Assembly: GCA_963841435.1 (NCBI GenBank)
Contig: CAWJCS010000002.1
Location: 192,001 to 256,000 of the forward strand
Source: an uncultured delta proteobacterium
GTDB lineage: Bacteria; Myxococcota_A; Polyangia; Polyangiales; Polyangiaceae
DNA length: 64,000 nt
Reading direction: 5' to 3'
This document shows, one piece after another, positions 38,008-47,874 of the stretch (its first letter is position 1; every line of letters begins with the position of its first letter). A program made the position numbers and the translations under genes. A model generated the notes under the pieces. That model saw nothing but the letters and a program-made list of their open reading frames with translations, was not told the origin of the DNA and ran no database searches.

Positions 38008-39294
38008 TCAGAACTGCGTGATGAACTTCCAGGCTTCGGGGGCGTTCCAGCTCGCCGATTGCCCTGGATCCTTCGGCTCCCAGCCGTGTGCGCCGTTGAA
38101 GACGCAGTATTCGGTTGGGTGACCTGCGGAGCAGTTCTGGTAGATCGTGCACGTGTGCGGTTGACCGGCGGCCGGGAACGTCGTGGACGAAGGTACGGCC
38201 GTGCATCCGTTGAGCGCAGCGAACTCCGCTTGCTTGTACTCGCCGGTGATGGGCGAAGTGGTCGGTAGGCCGCCGGCATCTTCGCTTGCCTGCGACGCAT
38301 AGTAGGCAATCGGTTTCGTCAGGGTCGACGGACAGGAGCCCGTGAGATCCGCGCCCGAGAAGAACGCGACGGCGCGGAACACGTCCGCCCGCGTACACGC
38401 CAGCGCCATGGCCATCCCCCCACCGAAGCTGAATCCCGTCGCGAAGATCCGGGTCGTGTCGATGCAGAGGTCGCCCTCGATTTGAGCGAGAATTGCGTCG
38501 GTGAGCGCAACGTCGTCGCTGCTCCAGGTCCCGGAGCCGTCCGCAGCGTCGGGCGCCGCGAAGATCGTATTGGTGCCGTCCAAGGTTGCGTGGGTGAAGT
38601 AATTCGTGCTCACGACCTGCTGGGCCGACCCTCCGGACCAAGCGTAGGCAAGGACCAGCCGATAGGGGTGGCTGTTATCGTAGCTGTCGGGCACGCGCAG
38701 AATGTATTTCCGCGCTGCATTGCCATAAGTGATGTTGATGGTGCCGTTCTGCAGCGTGCGTGTCTTGCCGCATCCGGCGCTCGGTACCGGCTCGTTGCCG
38801 TCGGGCGCTGCGCCCCCCGAGCCGCCGCCCGCGCCGGCAGAGCTGCCGCCCACTCCCGAGCCGCCGCCCGCGCCGGCAGAGCTGCCGCCCTGTCCCGAGC
38901 CGCCTGCGCCCGCCATGCCGCCCCCGCCGTCCCCTCCCTGACCACTTGCGCCCGCCGTGCCGCCGCTGCCCCCCGGGCCGGTCGTGCCACCGGCGCCCGC
39001 CGGCGGAATGCCGCCGCTACCGCCCTGCGGCCCGCCGCCCCCGACCGCGGCGCCGCTGCCGCCCACTCCCGACTGACCGGTGCCGCCCGCCGCCGTCGCG
39101 CCGCCGGTGCTCTGAGCGCCACCAGCTCCGGAGCTGCCGCCGGTTCCCGTCAGCCCGGCAGTCCCGCTCGAACCGCTCGTGGTGGCGCCGGTGCCCGCGC
39201 TGCCACCGCTTCCGGAATCGTCGGGGCTGCCCGATGAACAGGCACCAACGACGAGCGCCGCCAGCATCGAATGGACCGTGCGGATCTGAGCCAT
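38008..39294 (-). CDS. Lipoprotein esterase, CE1/feruloyl-esterase or PHB-depolymerase-like alpha/beta hydrolase
   Basis: Lipobox VGAC, Gly linker, PSAGCGK, YDNSHPYRL, LCIDTTRIFATGFSFGGGM (GxSxG) and CVFNGAH. Confidence 0.85.
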   Translation of the reverse strand: MAQIRTVHSMLAALVVGACSSGSPDDSGSGGSAGTGATTSGSSGTAGLTGTGGSSGAGGAQSTGGATAAGGTGQSGVGGSGAAVGGGGPQGGSGGIPPAGAGGTTGPGGSGGTAGASGQGGDGGGGMAGAGGSGQGGSSAGAGGGSGVGGSSAGAGGGSGGAAPDGNEPVPSAGCGKTRTLQNGTINITYGNAARKYILRVPDSYDNSHPYRLVLAYAWSGGSAQQVVSTNYFTHATLDGTNTIFAAPDAADGSGTWSSDDVALTDAILAQIEGDLCIDTTRIFATGFSFGGGMAMALACTRADVFRAVAFFSGADLTGSCPSTLTKPIAYYASQASEDAGGLPTTSPITGEYKQAEFAALNGCTAVPSSTTFPAAGQPHTCTIYQNCSAGHPTEYCVFNGAHGWEPKDPGQSASWNAPEAWKFITQF

Positions 39295-39565
39295 GAGTGC
39301 CTCTTGCTCGCGACCACCGGAGCCGCAGCGATCCTCAAGACGCAGGAGTAGCGTGCACCAGCTCGCAATTCGCTCGCCGAGCCTCAGGCGCTGCCCTCGC
39401 CGCCCTCAGCGGACGCGCCCGCCGAGCCGCCGACGCCTGCGTTGCCCGGCGACACCGTGTGCGGGGCGATCTGTTGGGGTGCCCCCGTGTGCGGAAAGCG
39501 CTGGGGTAGTGCGCGGCCCAAAAAGCGCGTGGCGGGGCGTCCGCTCGTGGTGCATCGTGAGGAGG

Positions 39566-40076
39566 ATGGCCCGTGAGGCTTGGGGATTTCGGGTGGTGGT
39601 GGCGAGCGTCACCATCGCGTGCGGAAGGAGCACGCACGACGACACCAGCGGCACTGGTGCGGTGGCGGCGGACGGAGCGGCGGGTGCAGCGGCCTTTGCG
39701 AACGGTGGAGCCGGGGGTGAGGTGAGCGCAGGGCGAGGCGGCGACGAAAATCCTGGCGGCGGCGGAACGAGGACGAGACGCAACGCTGTCCCAGTCGGCG
39801 GCGAGCGCTCTCGAGCCCATCGCGCGCGCCAATCAAAGCTGTCGAGAGGATGCCGATTGCGCGCCGAATTCGAGCTTGGGCGGCTGCTATGACGGCACGT
39901 TCGTGCTCGCTGGCTGTTGGGTGCCGTTGTCGGCTTCCAGCGCTGAAACCGTCAGCGCGGCTGCGCGCGAGATCTGCCGTGCGTTCGAGGACGCGGGCTG
40001 CGTCGGAGTGCATCCGTGTCCTGCTGCTCCACCCGTCGCATGCCAATCCGGCACGTGTGTTTTCGAGTTCCAATAG
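39566..40076 (+). pseudogene. Small Cys-rich lipoprotein, frameshifted near 39765-39795 (probable sequencing error)
   Basis: N-terminus MAREAWGFRVVVASVTIAC plus Gly linker in one frame; ASALEPIARANQSCREDADC...CQSGTCVFEFQ* in another. Confidence 0.6.
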
Positions 40077-40301
40077 CGTGGAGTCGCCGCGGGCGGGACA
40101 CGGGAGCACGCGCCGTGCCCGATGCTGGCGACGAGTTCGTGAGCGCGCGTCCATCCGAAGCCGCCGGAGGAGCTCGACCTGGGAGCAGCCGTCCGGGCTC
40201 GGATCCCACGATCGGCTCGGGCAAGCGAGTCCGAAGCCGGGTGACCGCGGGAAGATCAGCCCGGCCGTCGGCGTAGACGGTATGTTGGGTTCTCGAGGGT
40301 G

Positions 40302-41535
40302 ATGCTTCGAGCTTCAGTCCTTGCAGGTTTCGTGGCGGTGCTCGCCGTTCCTCGCGCGGCCCACGGCGCGAGCGACGAGCCGTACTACTTCGAGCGCGCC
40401 ATCGTCCGCGCCGACCTGAAGGGCAAGACGCTGCGCGAACTCGCGCTCCTCGAAGCGACGATCCACGCGCGAGCAGGGCAGGTCTTCCTGAAGTGGTGGC
40501 TCCGCGACCACTTCGCGGGCCGCACCTGGTACCACCCCGGCCGCTACGACGCTTCGCAGCTCAGCGCCGTCAACCGGGCGAACCTGCGGACCATCGAGGT
40601 CTACCGCGCGGCCGTTCTCGCGAGTGAGCTCCGGGCGCGCTACCAGGCGCTCGTCGAGCGGCACGCGTACGCGTTTCAGTCCCCCGCCGGAGCGGTCGCG
40701 TTCTCTCCGGACGGGAGTCGCTTCGTGACGCGGGCGACTGCCATGGCCCACCCTTCATCCCGTCGCGCTTTGGGACGCGGCGAGTGGAAAGCGGGTGACG
40801 CGCGTTGCGTGGGTGCGCCCCGACACCCAGCTCGTAAAGTACGGTGACGGACGCATTGTCCCGGAGGTCTTTGCGCCCCCGGTGCTCGACCAGCGCCTGG
40901 TGGGCGACGAGCTCGATACGCTCGCGTGGGACTGCTACGTGGACGTGCCGGGCCCCCGCCTGTGCCCCGACGAGATCCCGGTGACCGGCGACGACTGCTT
41001 CGGCTTCGATGGATCGGACTGTCCGTTCCCGATCGGCCAGACGTGCTCGTGCGACTCCGACACGGGAGTCTGGACCTGCGGGCCCGAGCAAAAACCGCTG
41101 CCCCCGTACTTCGAACCCCCGGACGTGCCGCCCCGAACTCCGATGGCGGTCCTCACCGACGACGACCGCCTGGCGTTCTGCACGTGGTACGCGACGGCCG
41201 TGGCGGGTGGCCCGGGCGCGACCCCCGTGCCCGACAGCCCCGTCGGTGCCAACGGCTACACGTCCGGCGTCGCGTGCGTTTTCGGGCAACAGAACCTGCC
41301 CTGCAACGGCGTTCTCTCCGTGCTTTCGGAGGCAGACTGCGAGGCCAACCTCGCGGTCTCGGAGTGCGGGGGTGCCGTCGAGGATCTCACGATGTGCATC
41401 GACGCCATCGTGCGCGGCGCCTGCTCCCCCCTGGAGCGCAGCTGCCGCGGCTACTTCGCCTCGACCTACTGCAGCGGGACCATCGCCACCCAGATCACCG
41501 ATGCCGGCATGGCGTGCGACGTCCGCGTCCAGTAG
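40302..41535 (+). pseudogene. Secreted YARHG-domain protein with one WD40 repeat and a Cys-rich domain, frameshifted at about 40729-40770
   Basis: YARHG-like LRELALLEATIHARAG...HFAGRTWY...LSAVNRAN. The WD40 halves AVAFSPDGSRFVT and VALWDAASGKRV lie in different frames, the second continuing into ORF 40795..41535. Confidence 0.65.
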
Positions 41536-41665
41536 CGCCCAAGAGTTCCTCGTTGCCGGCACTCCGACCGCTGACTGCGGGCCCTGGCACTTTTTTATGA
41601 CCCGTCTCGTGGCATCGAGGTAGCTGCGTGCTGCCACGTTTCCATCAAGCCAAAGGTACTTCAAA

Positions 41666-42910
41666 GTGAGATCGGCAAAACATTCCAGTGGGCTCGTTCT
41701 GATCGGCCTCTTGAGCATCGGCGTTTGGGCTTGCGGCTCGAGCAACGTCAACGACGCCGGGGGTAGCGGAGGTGGTGCCGGTACGCCGACGACCGGGGGC
41801 GCCACGGCGCTCGGCGGTTCCGCGGGAACGGGAGCACTCGCTGGGACGGGTGGCGCCTCTGCGAGTGGAGGCGCCGACACTTCCGGAGGTAGCGCCGGCA
41901 CCTCCGGAGGTAGTGCTGGCGCCTCCGCGGGTAGCGCTGGCACCTCCGGCGCGGCGGGCATGGGTGGAGCCGCCCCGGGCGGAAGCGGCGGTGAGGGCGG
42001 TTCCGGGGTGGGAGGCGCGGGCGCGGCCGCTGGCGGCGGGGCCGGCGACGCTGCGGGGACGAGCGGCGCGAGCGGTGCTGGGGCGAGTGGAGGAGGAGCC
42101 GGCGCGAGCGGCGACGGCTGTGTCATCGGCGCGTGGCCGACTGCCGATCCCTTGACCACCGGGCCCTTCAAGACCGTGACCGAAAACGAAGTGGGACCCG
42201 AGGCGGGCGCCGCGGAGGACGGTGTGGTGCCGAAATTCACGCTGTTCCGACCCGAGACCCTGGGCGAAGGGGGACGCTGTCACCCGCTGATCACGTGGGG
42301 CAACGGCACGGGTTCGACCCCGAATCTGTATCGCAGCATCCTCGGTCTGTTTGCTTCCCACGGGTTCGTCGTGATCGCCTCCAACAACAAGAACGTGGCG
42401 CAGGGCGATCCGAAGCCGATGAACGTGGGTGTGACGTGGGTGCTCGAGCAAAACGAGGATCCGTCGAGCGAACTCTACCACCACATCGATACGACTCACA
42501 TCGGGGCGACGGGCCACTCGCAGGGCGCCGTCGCGACGAGCCAAGCCTCGGGTGACAGTCACATCACGACCAACGTGCCGATCGAAGGCGCGCAGCCGCA
42601 GAGAAACTTGCACGGACCTGCCATGTTCTTCTGCGGCGGCATGGACGACGTCGTCGGCTGCAGCGGCGCACAGAGCGCCCTCGACGCCGTCACCACGCTC
42701 CCAGCGATGTACGCGGAGTACCTGAGCGTCGATCACGGCAGTTGGCTCGGGCGCGGCAACACGCCGAGCGTGGTCGAAGGGACGGTCAACGCCTGGATGC
42801 GCGTGCACCTCATGGGCGACGAGTCCCTCAAGCCCTGGTTCTACGGGGACGCGTGCAAGCTTTGCTCCGACAGCGGCTGGAGCATCCAGCAGAAGAACAT
42901 GGGGCTCTAG
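41666..42910 (+). CDS. Lipoprotein alpha/beta hydrolase (cutinase/PETase/chlorophyllase-like)
   Basis: Lipobox VWAC, Gly linker, HPLITWGNGTG, ASHGFVVIA, GATGHSQG, candidate Asp in GGMDDVV and His in VDHGSW. Confidence 0.85.
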   Translation: MRSAKHSSGLVLIGLLSIGVWACGSSNVNDAGGSGGGAGTPTTGGATALGGSAGTGALAGTGGASASGGADTSGGSAGTSGGSAGASAGSAGTSGAAGMGGAAPGGSGGEGGSGVGGAGAAAGGGAGDAAGTSGASGAGASGGGAGASGDGCVIGAWPTADPLTTGPFKTVTENEVGPEAGAAEDGVVPKFTLFRPETLGEGGRCHPLITWGNGTGSTPNLYRSILGLFASHGFVVIASNNKNVAQGDPKPMNVGVTWVLEQNEDPSSELYHHIDTTHIGATGHSQGAVATSQASGDSHITTNVPIEGAQPQRNLHGPAMFFCGGMDDVVGCSGAQSALDAVTTLPAMYAEYLSVDHGSWLGRGNTPSVVEGTVNAWMRVHLMGDESLKPWFYGDACKLCSDSGWSIQQKNMGL

Positions 42911-43449
42911 GTACTCGCAAAAGCGGGGGTGAGTTCCACGTTCCCGTCCGACGGTGGCTTTCGCCCTCGACTGCTGAGACCGTGAACTCCAGGCCAGATT
43001 CCGGAGGCCTGCGCCTTTGGTGCTGCCGGGGTGCGCGTCGTCATCGAGTCGGCGCACGAAGGCGCCAGGTGGACACCTGGTCCGCCGGTTGAGGACTCGG
43101 GTGACGTGCTCCGCGAGGGCATGCCCCTCACCTTGGAGGTCAGACCGTTCGCGCGGGGCTGCTAGTTCTGCTGCTCCCGGCGGCCCTTGCGCACTACCCG
43201 CTCACGTGGCTGCTCGCGACGGAGGTCGGCGGCGCGGGGCGGGCCAAGCTCCTGCTTGCGACGACGGTCGTGGTGCCGTGCTCGGGGCTCGTCGTTGGGA
43301 CCTGGCTCGTCGTCCGGGCGAAGCGGCTGCTCGCTCCGGCGCGGTAAAGTCGATGGTGACGAGGCGCGCGGGGGTGGGGGAGTGAGCGCGTGACGGGACG
43401 TGCAATCGTCGATGTCGGTGTGAGCGCTCGGAGGTGTATCCTTGCGTGC

Positions 43450-44286
43450 ATGCCACAGAGCATGACGTTGCACGCCGCGCTGCTTCTGGCCGTGGTGGGT
43501 GGCGTGGGGTGCGAGCCCGGGAGGCCCGCCAGCGAGCCGCACGCCACGGCTAGCGGAGGCACGGCAAAGCCCGGGACACCCACCCCGCGCGACGATCCGG
43601 CAAGCTGCGTCGATCCGCCGACTCCGGCGGTCGCGTGGCAAGCGCAGGCCGTGCAGAAGCTCGAAGCGTGGCTTGCCACGGCGACGAAGTGCACGGCGAA
43701 GCTCGAGCGTCGGACCGAGGTCGATCTGCTCATCACGACCAGTCCGGAGGGCATGCCCAGTGCTCGTGTCGTCGCGGCGACATCCGACGACTGTCGCGCG
43801 ACCGCCTGCATCAAGACGGGCATGCACGGCGTGGTGCTCGATGCGCCGCCGGCCGACGCGAGCCCGATTTTCAACCTGTCGGTGCTGCTCCTCCCTCACG
43901 AGGCACCGCGGCGCGTCGAGGGGCGGCCGCCGGAGGATGGCGGCGTGGTGCAGGGTTGTGCGGATCCGACGCCGGATCTCTCTGCTCATCACGACGGCCG
44001 ACTTCCGCCCGAGCAGGTCCAGGCCATCGTCCGCGAGGGGTATGGGTCCTTCCGCGCGTGCTTCGAGGCGGGGCTCGCGCGTGACCCGAACCTGAAAGGC
44101 AAGGTCTCGACGCGCTTCGTCATCGACCGTGAGGGCCGCGTCCGAGCGGCCGCCGTCGTCGCGAACACGCTGCCCGACTGCCAGGTCGTCGCCTGCGTGC
44201 GCGACGGGTTCTACAGGCTCCACTTCCCCTCACCGGAGAGCGGCATCGTGACCGTCGTCTACCCGATCATGCTCGAGCCTGGCTGA
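43450..44286 (+). CDS. AgmX/PglI C-terminal (TonB-C-like) domain lipoprotein
   Basis: GRLPPEQVQAIVR...FRACFEAGLARDPNLKGKVSTRFVIDREGRV...VVACV...FPSPESGIVTVVYP. Confidence 0.85.
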   Translation: MPQSMTLHAALLLAVVGGVGCEPGRPASEPHATASGGTAKPGTPTPRDDPASCVDPPTPAVAWQAQAVQKLEAWLATATKCTAKLERRTEVDLLITTSPEGMPSARVVAATSDDCRATACIKTGMHGVVLDAPPADASPIFNLSVLLLPHEAPRRVEGRPPEDGGVVQGCADPTPDLSAHHDGRLPPEQVQAIVREGYGSFRACFEAGLARDPNLKGKVSTRFVIDREGRVRAAAVVANTLPDCQVVACVRDGFYRLHFPSPESGIVTVVYPIMLEPG

Positions 44287-44420
44287 TCACGAGACGGCTG
44301 CTCAGGCCGACCGCCCACCATCAATTCCGATCCACCCTCGACACTCCGCCCTCCCGCTTCTCCTGCATCATCTACGACGCTGCCACCGCCCACCTTTCGG
44401 TTAACTGCAGCCGCAAGCTC

Positions 44421-44810
44421 GTGGAGGAAACCGCCTGTCCGGACGGAGCGGCAAGAGTGTGCGAGCAATGCGACACGTGGGCGCTGACCCTGCACCCCGC
44501 CGAATCCGGATTCACCGCCCACCGTACCGTGGGGGTTCGCCGGGTGTCGCTGGCGTCGGCGGACGGTTGCGATTTCCCCTGTCCTGCCCCGGAGCCGCCG
44601 GAGGACGTGAAGCGCGCCAACGAAGCGCTGCGCGGGCGCGTGTTCTTCCATGTTGGCATGGCGTACCCACATCCGTTCCTGTTCAGGACCAAGGCGGCGT
44701 GCGAGGAGTACCGGAAGGTTCATCGTTTCGATCGCGACGAGCCCGATGCCTGGCACGCGGGTCGGCCGCGGTCGCCCGAGCTTTCCGCGGCGGGGACCGA
44801 GGAGGACTGA
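44421..44810 (+). CDS. Hypothetical Cys-containing protein, possibly 5'-truncated
   Basis: 129-aa ORF whose frame stays open upstream without a clear start. Confidence 0.4.
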   Translation: MEETACPDGAARVCEQCDTWALTLHPAESGFTAHRTVGVRRVSLASADGCDFPCPAPEPPEDVKRANEALRGRVFFHVGMAYPHPFLFRTKAACEEYRKVHRFDRDEPDAWHAGRPRSPELSAAGTEED

Positions 44811-45022
44811 CGCTCCGGGCTGGGCGTGGCTTGTGACCCGACCCCAAACCGCCGGTTCCCAGCCGGCCCTCTGGTGGTCGGGCCAATTCCATCGGGCGTC
44901 GCCAGCTCAAAAAGAGCGACCAGGCTGGGTTCGCACTCCGTACTGAGGTCGTTCGCAGTGTTCGCCGCGAAGCCAGCGGGGCCATCGCGGCGGGACCCAA
45001 CGAAGCGAGGAAGGAGCGCCTC

Positions 45023-47843
45023 ATGCAACGACGAACCCGTGTCCTCACCGCCGTGCTGTTCGGATTCGCGTCGGCCGCCGGCTGTTCCAGCCAGCGCGGG
45101 GAACCGGGGGCGACGCGACAGGTTGCCTCCGAGCTCGATGCGGCGAACCTCGCGGCGCTACTCGGCTTCGAGGATCCATCGCTTTGGTCCAGCACTGCGA
45201 CGCTCGTCGAGCGCAACGTCTCACAGCAAGGGCAGCATTCCCTCGGGATCCAGGGAGGCGGTTTTCACTTCGTCGATTCCGTGCCGCTCTCGACGTTCAC
45301 TCTCGAAAACAACACGGTCAGCATCGCCGTGCAGCTACCCGTCGAGCAGTCGAACCCCTGGTGGTTCGGTGACGTTCAGATCTACGCGAACGCGCCGTCC
45401 GCGGGGGTCTACAGCCAGTACGTCGGCTACCAGTCTTTGACGGGGCGCCCGACGGGCCAGTTCTTCACGCTCGATTTCACGCTGCCCTCGAGCGTCATGA
45501 CTGCCCTCGCCGGGGGCTTCGATGATCTCGTGATTCGCCTGGCGCTCAATCGTCCGTTCGACGCGCCCGGTACGGTGCTCTTCGACAATCTCGTGTTCGG
45601 GGGAGTGAACGCCGGCACGACGCCCGGCGCGCCGGGCTTCGCCCTGATTGGCAACATCTACCAGCAGGGCATGCTGGTCACGTTCTCCCGGGTCCCGACC
45701 TCGGGCATCGGTCTCGGCGACGTACGGAGCATCGCTGCCTGCGAGCCTCGGGTGCTCTACGCGGTGGAAAACACCACGATTGACGGGAGCACCTCGAACT
45801 ACGTCAAGTTCAGCAAAGACAGCGGTCAGAGCTGGGATCTCGCGGAGGTTCATCTGCCCAAGAACACAGATGGGACGATACCGCCTTCCTTCAATGCGAC
45901 GGCTCCCGGACCGGAGCTGGCTTGCGATCACGGGATGCTGGCGAGCTTGGATGCCGTGGGCACGACGTTCATCGCTCCTACACTGGCCACCGGCGACCTC
46001 AGTGGCCCGTTCTCGTTCGTCACGGACACCACCAAGGTGGACAAGATCCAGGGCGGAGACGGCACGTTCTACGGCATGGTGCTCGACAGCTTGGGCAACC
46101 AGGTCTACGTCGCCACCAACTACGCGACGGGCCAAGACCCGCTCTGGGAAGGCCCCATCGCGACCGTCGGCGCCGAGTCGGTGACGGGGACGGGCGCGGC
46201 GAAAACGGGTCCCAAGAGCAACCCTCGGATGCTGGCCAACGGCCTGTCGTGGCCCCGGCGCGCCTACGCGCTCGAAGCCACGGGAACAGTGACCTTCAAC
46301 GACACGCTGCTCGACGGGGAGAATCTGTGGACGACGCTCGACACGGGTGGCGAACGCTTCGACACGCTGACGGCCGCGGCGCCCAACGTCCTTTATGGCC
46401 TCCAGACGAAAGGCGGCGTGACGGAGCTCGACCGGATCGAGATGAAGGAAGTCGCCTGCAGTGACAACTTGGACAACGACGCCAACGGCTTGACGGACGC
46501 CGAGGACCCCGCGTGCGTCGGGCTGCGCGCCGACCAGTACTGCGCGACGCATGCGGATGGAGACTACTGCGCTGCCCGCTATCAGCCGACGAGCTTCCTC
46601 GGCCAGATCAACAAGAGCACCTCGCTCGTCACGTGCTCGGGCGGCGCGGCTTCGGCGATCACGCCGGGGGCGTGCAATATCACCGGGGGCGATCACCTCG
46701 AGACCGAGGAATCGCTCAGGCAGGAGGAACCGGCCGGCTTTGGCCACTACTGCAACATTAAGCGCGCCAGCGACGATACCTGGGATCTTCGCTGGACCGG
46801 ATCGGACCCCTGTCAGTCCCTTTTGAACGAGAATCCTGGCGCCACAATCCTCCGAGCCGGCCTCTATTCGATCGCGGGCCGCAATCAGGTGCTCGCCAAC
46901 TGCAGCGATGGGTTCGTCATCGGGGAGGCGGACGGCGCTGCCATCATCGCGCAAGTCTACGGGGACGTGGGGCATACCGCGAACCGCTGTATCTTCACGA
47001 TTTCACCGACCGCGCTGCCGATCTTCGACCGCATGTTCGATCCGTCCGACGAGTTCGGAAACCCGAACCCCTTCACGCACAACAACGACGACGACCCGGT
47101 CAAGCTCCAGCCGTTCGGCTACAATGAGTTGTGCGACGACGACCTAACGAACATGATCTTCGGGCCGGACCTGGCGGAATGCTTCGTGGATCGGTTCGGC
47201 CTGTACACGGGCAAGAGCTTCCGCGAGCCCGCCTACGATCATCACCTCTACGAAGGCTCGCCGGTTTATGCCGTGGCGGGAGGCATCGTGATCCCGAACG
47301 GGTCACGGTCTCGCGACATCTCGACCCACGCGGTTCCTGCCACGCCGTACCAGAACGAGCTCTTCGTGCGCTACAGCGTCGGCTCGAATCCGGTCTATCG
47401 TGAGACGTTCGTCGTGTACTACGGCCACGTGAAGAGCCGCCTGGTCGTCTCTGGCCAAACCGTCAAGCCCGGGCAAATCCTCGGCTTCGTCGGAGCGACG
47501 GGAGCGACGAGCTCGGGTTGAACGGTTTGCCTATGCTCACATGCACAGCGGCGTTTTACGGCTCTCCAACACGAACGCCCACGCCAGCATGGATCCCGCC
47601 TTCGGGTACCACATGGACGGCTTCTTCGCGGCGAACGACTCCAACAGCGGCAACACCACGGGCGGCGACCTTTCGATCGACCCGATCGGCTGGGGGAACT
47701 TCACGGTGCAAGATCCCTGGGGCTACAAGTACCGGAACCATGCTTCCAAATGGACCACCGCGTACGAAGGGATCGGTGCTTGGAGCCTCAACCTGTTCCG
47801 AGCCGGCGAAGCGTTCAGCTACACGAACAGCCCTGTCCCGTAG
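45023..47843 (+). CDS. Large lipoprotein: CBM-like N-terminus, propeller-like region, Asp/Cys metal-binding-type motif, C-terminal M23 peptidase; frameshift near 47520
   Basis: AAGGAG RBS, lipobox AAGC, CSDNLDNDANGLTDAEDPAC, GSPVYAVAGG, YYGHV and GQTVKPGQILGFVGATG. The HxH motif (YAHMHSG) is in the 47541..47843 frame. Confidence 0.8.
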
Positions 47844-47874
47844 CGCGCTTGCCGCGGGTCCCCTCGAGCGCCCG

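Noticed and set aside
41585-41600. TGGCAC sigma-54-like -24 box upstream of the hydrolase
   Set aside because: The -12 position reads TATG rather than TTGC, so support is insufficient.
42911-43449. 540-bp gap with short ORFs and the palindrome CCAGGTG-GA-CACCTGG
   Set aside because: No supportable CDS, IS ends or RNA motif.
44811-45022. Possible riboswitch in the leader of the M23 lipoprotein
   Set aside because: Some hairpin potential, but no recognisable c-di-GMP or other aptamer core; an Rfam/Infernal search would be needed.
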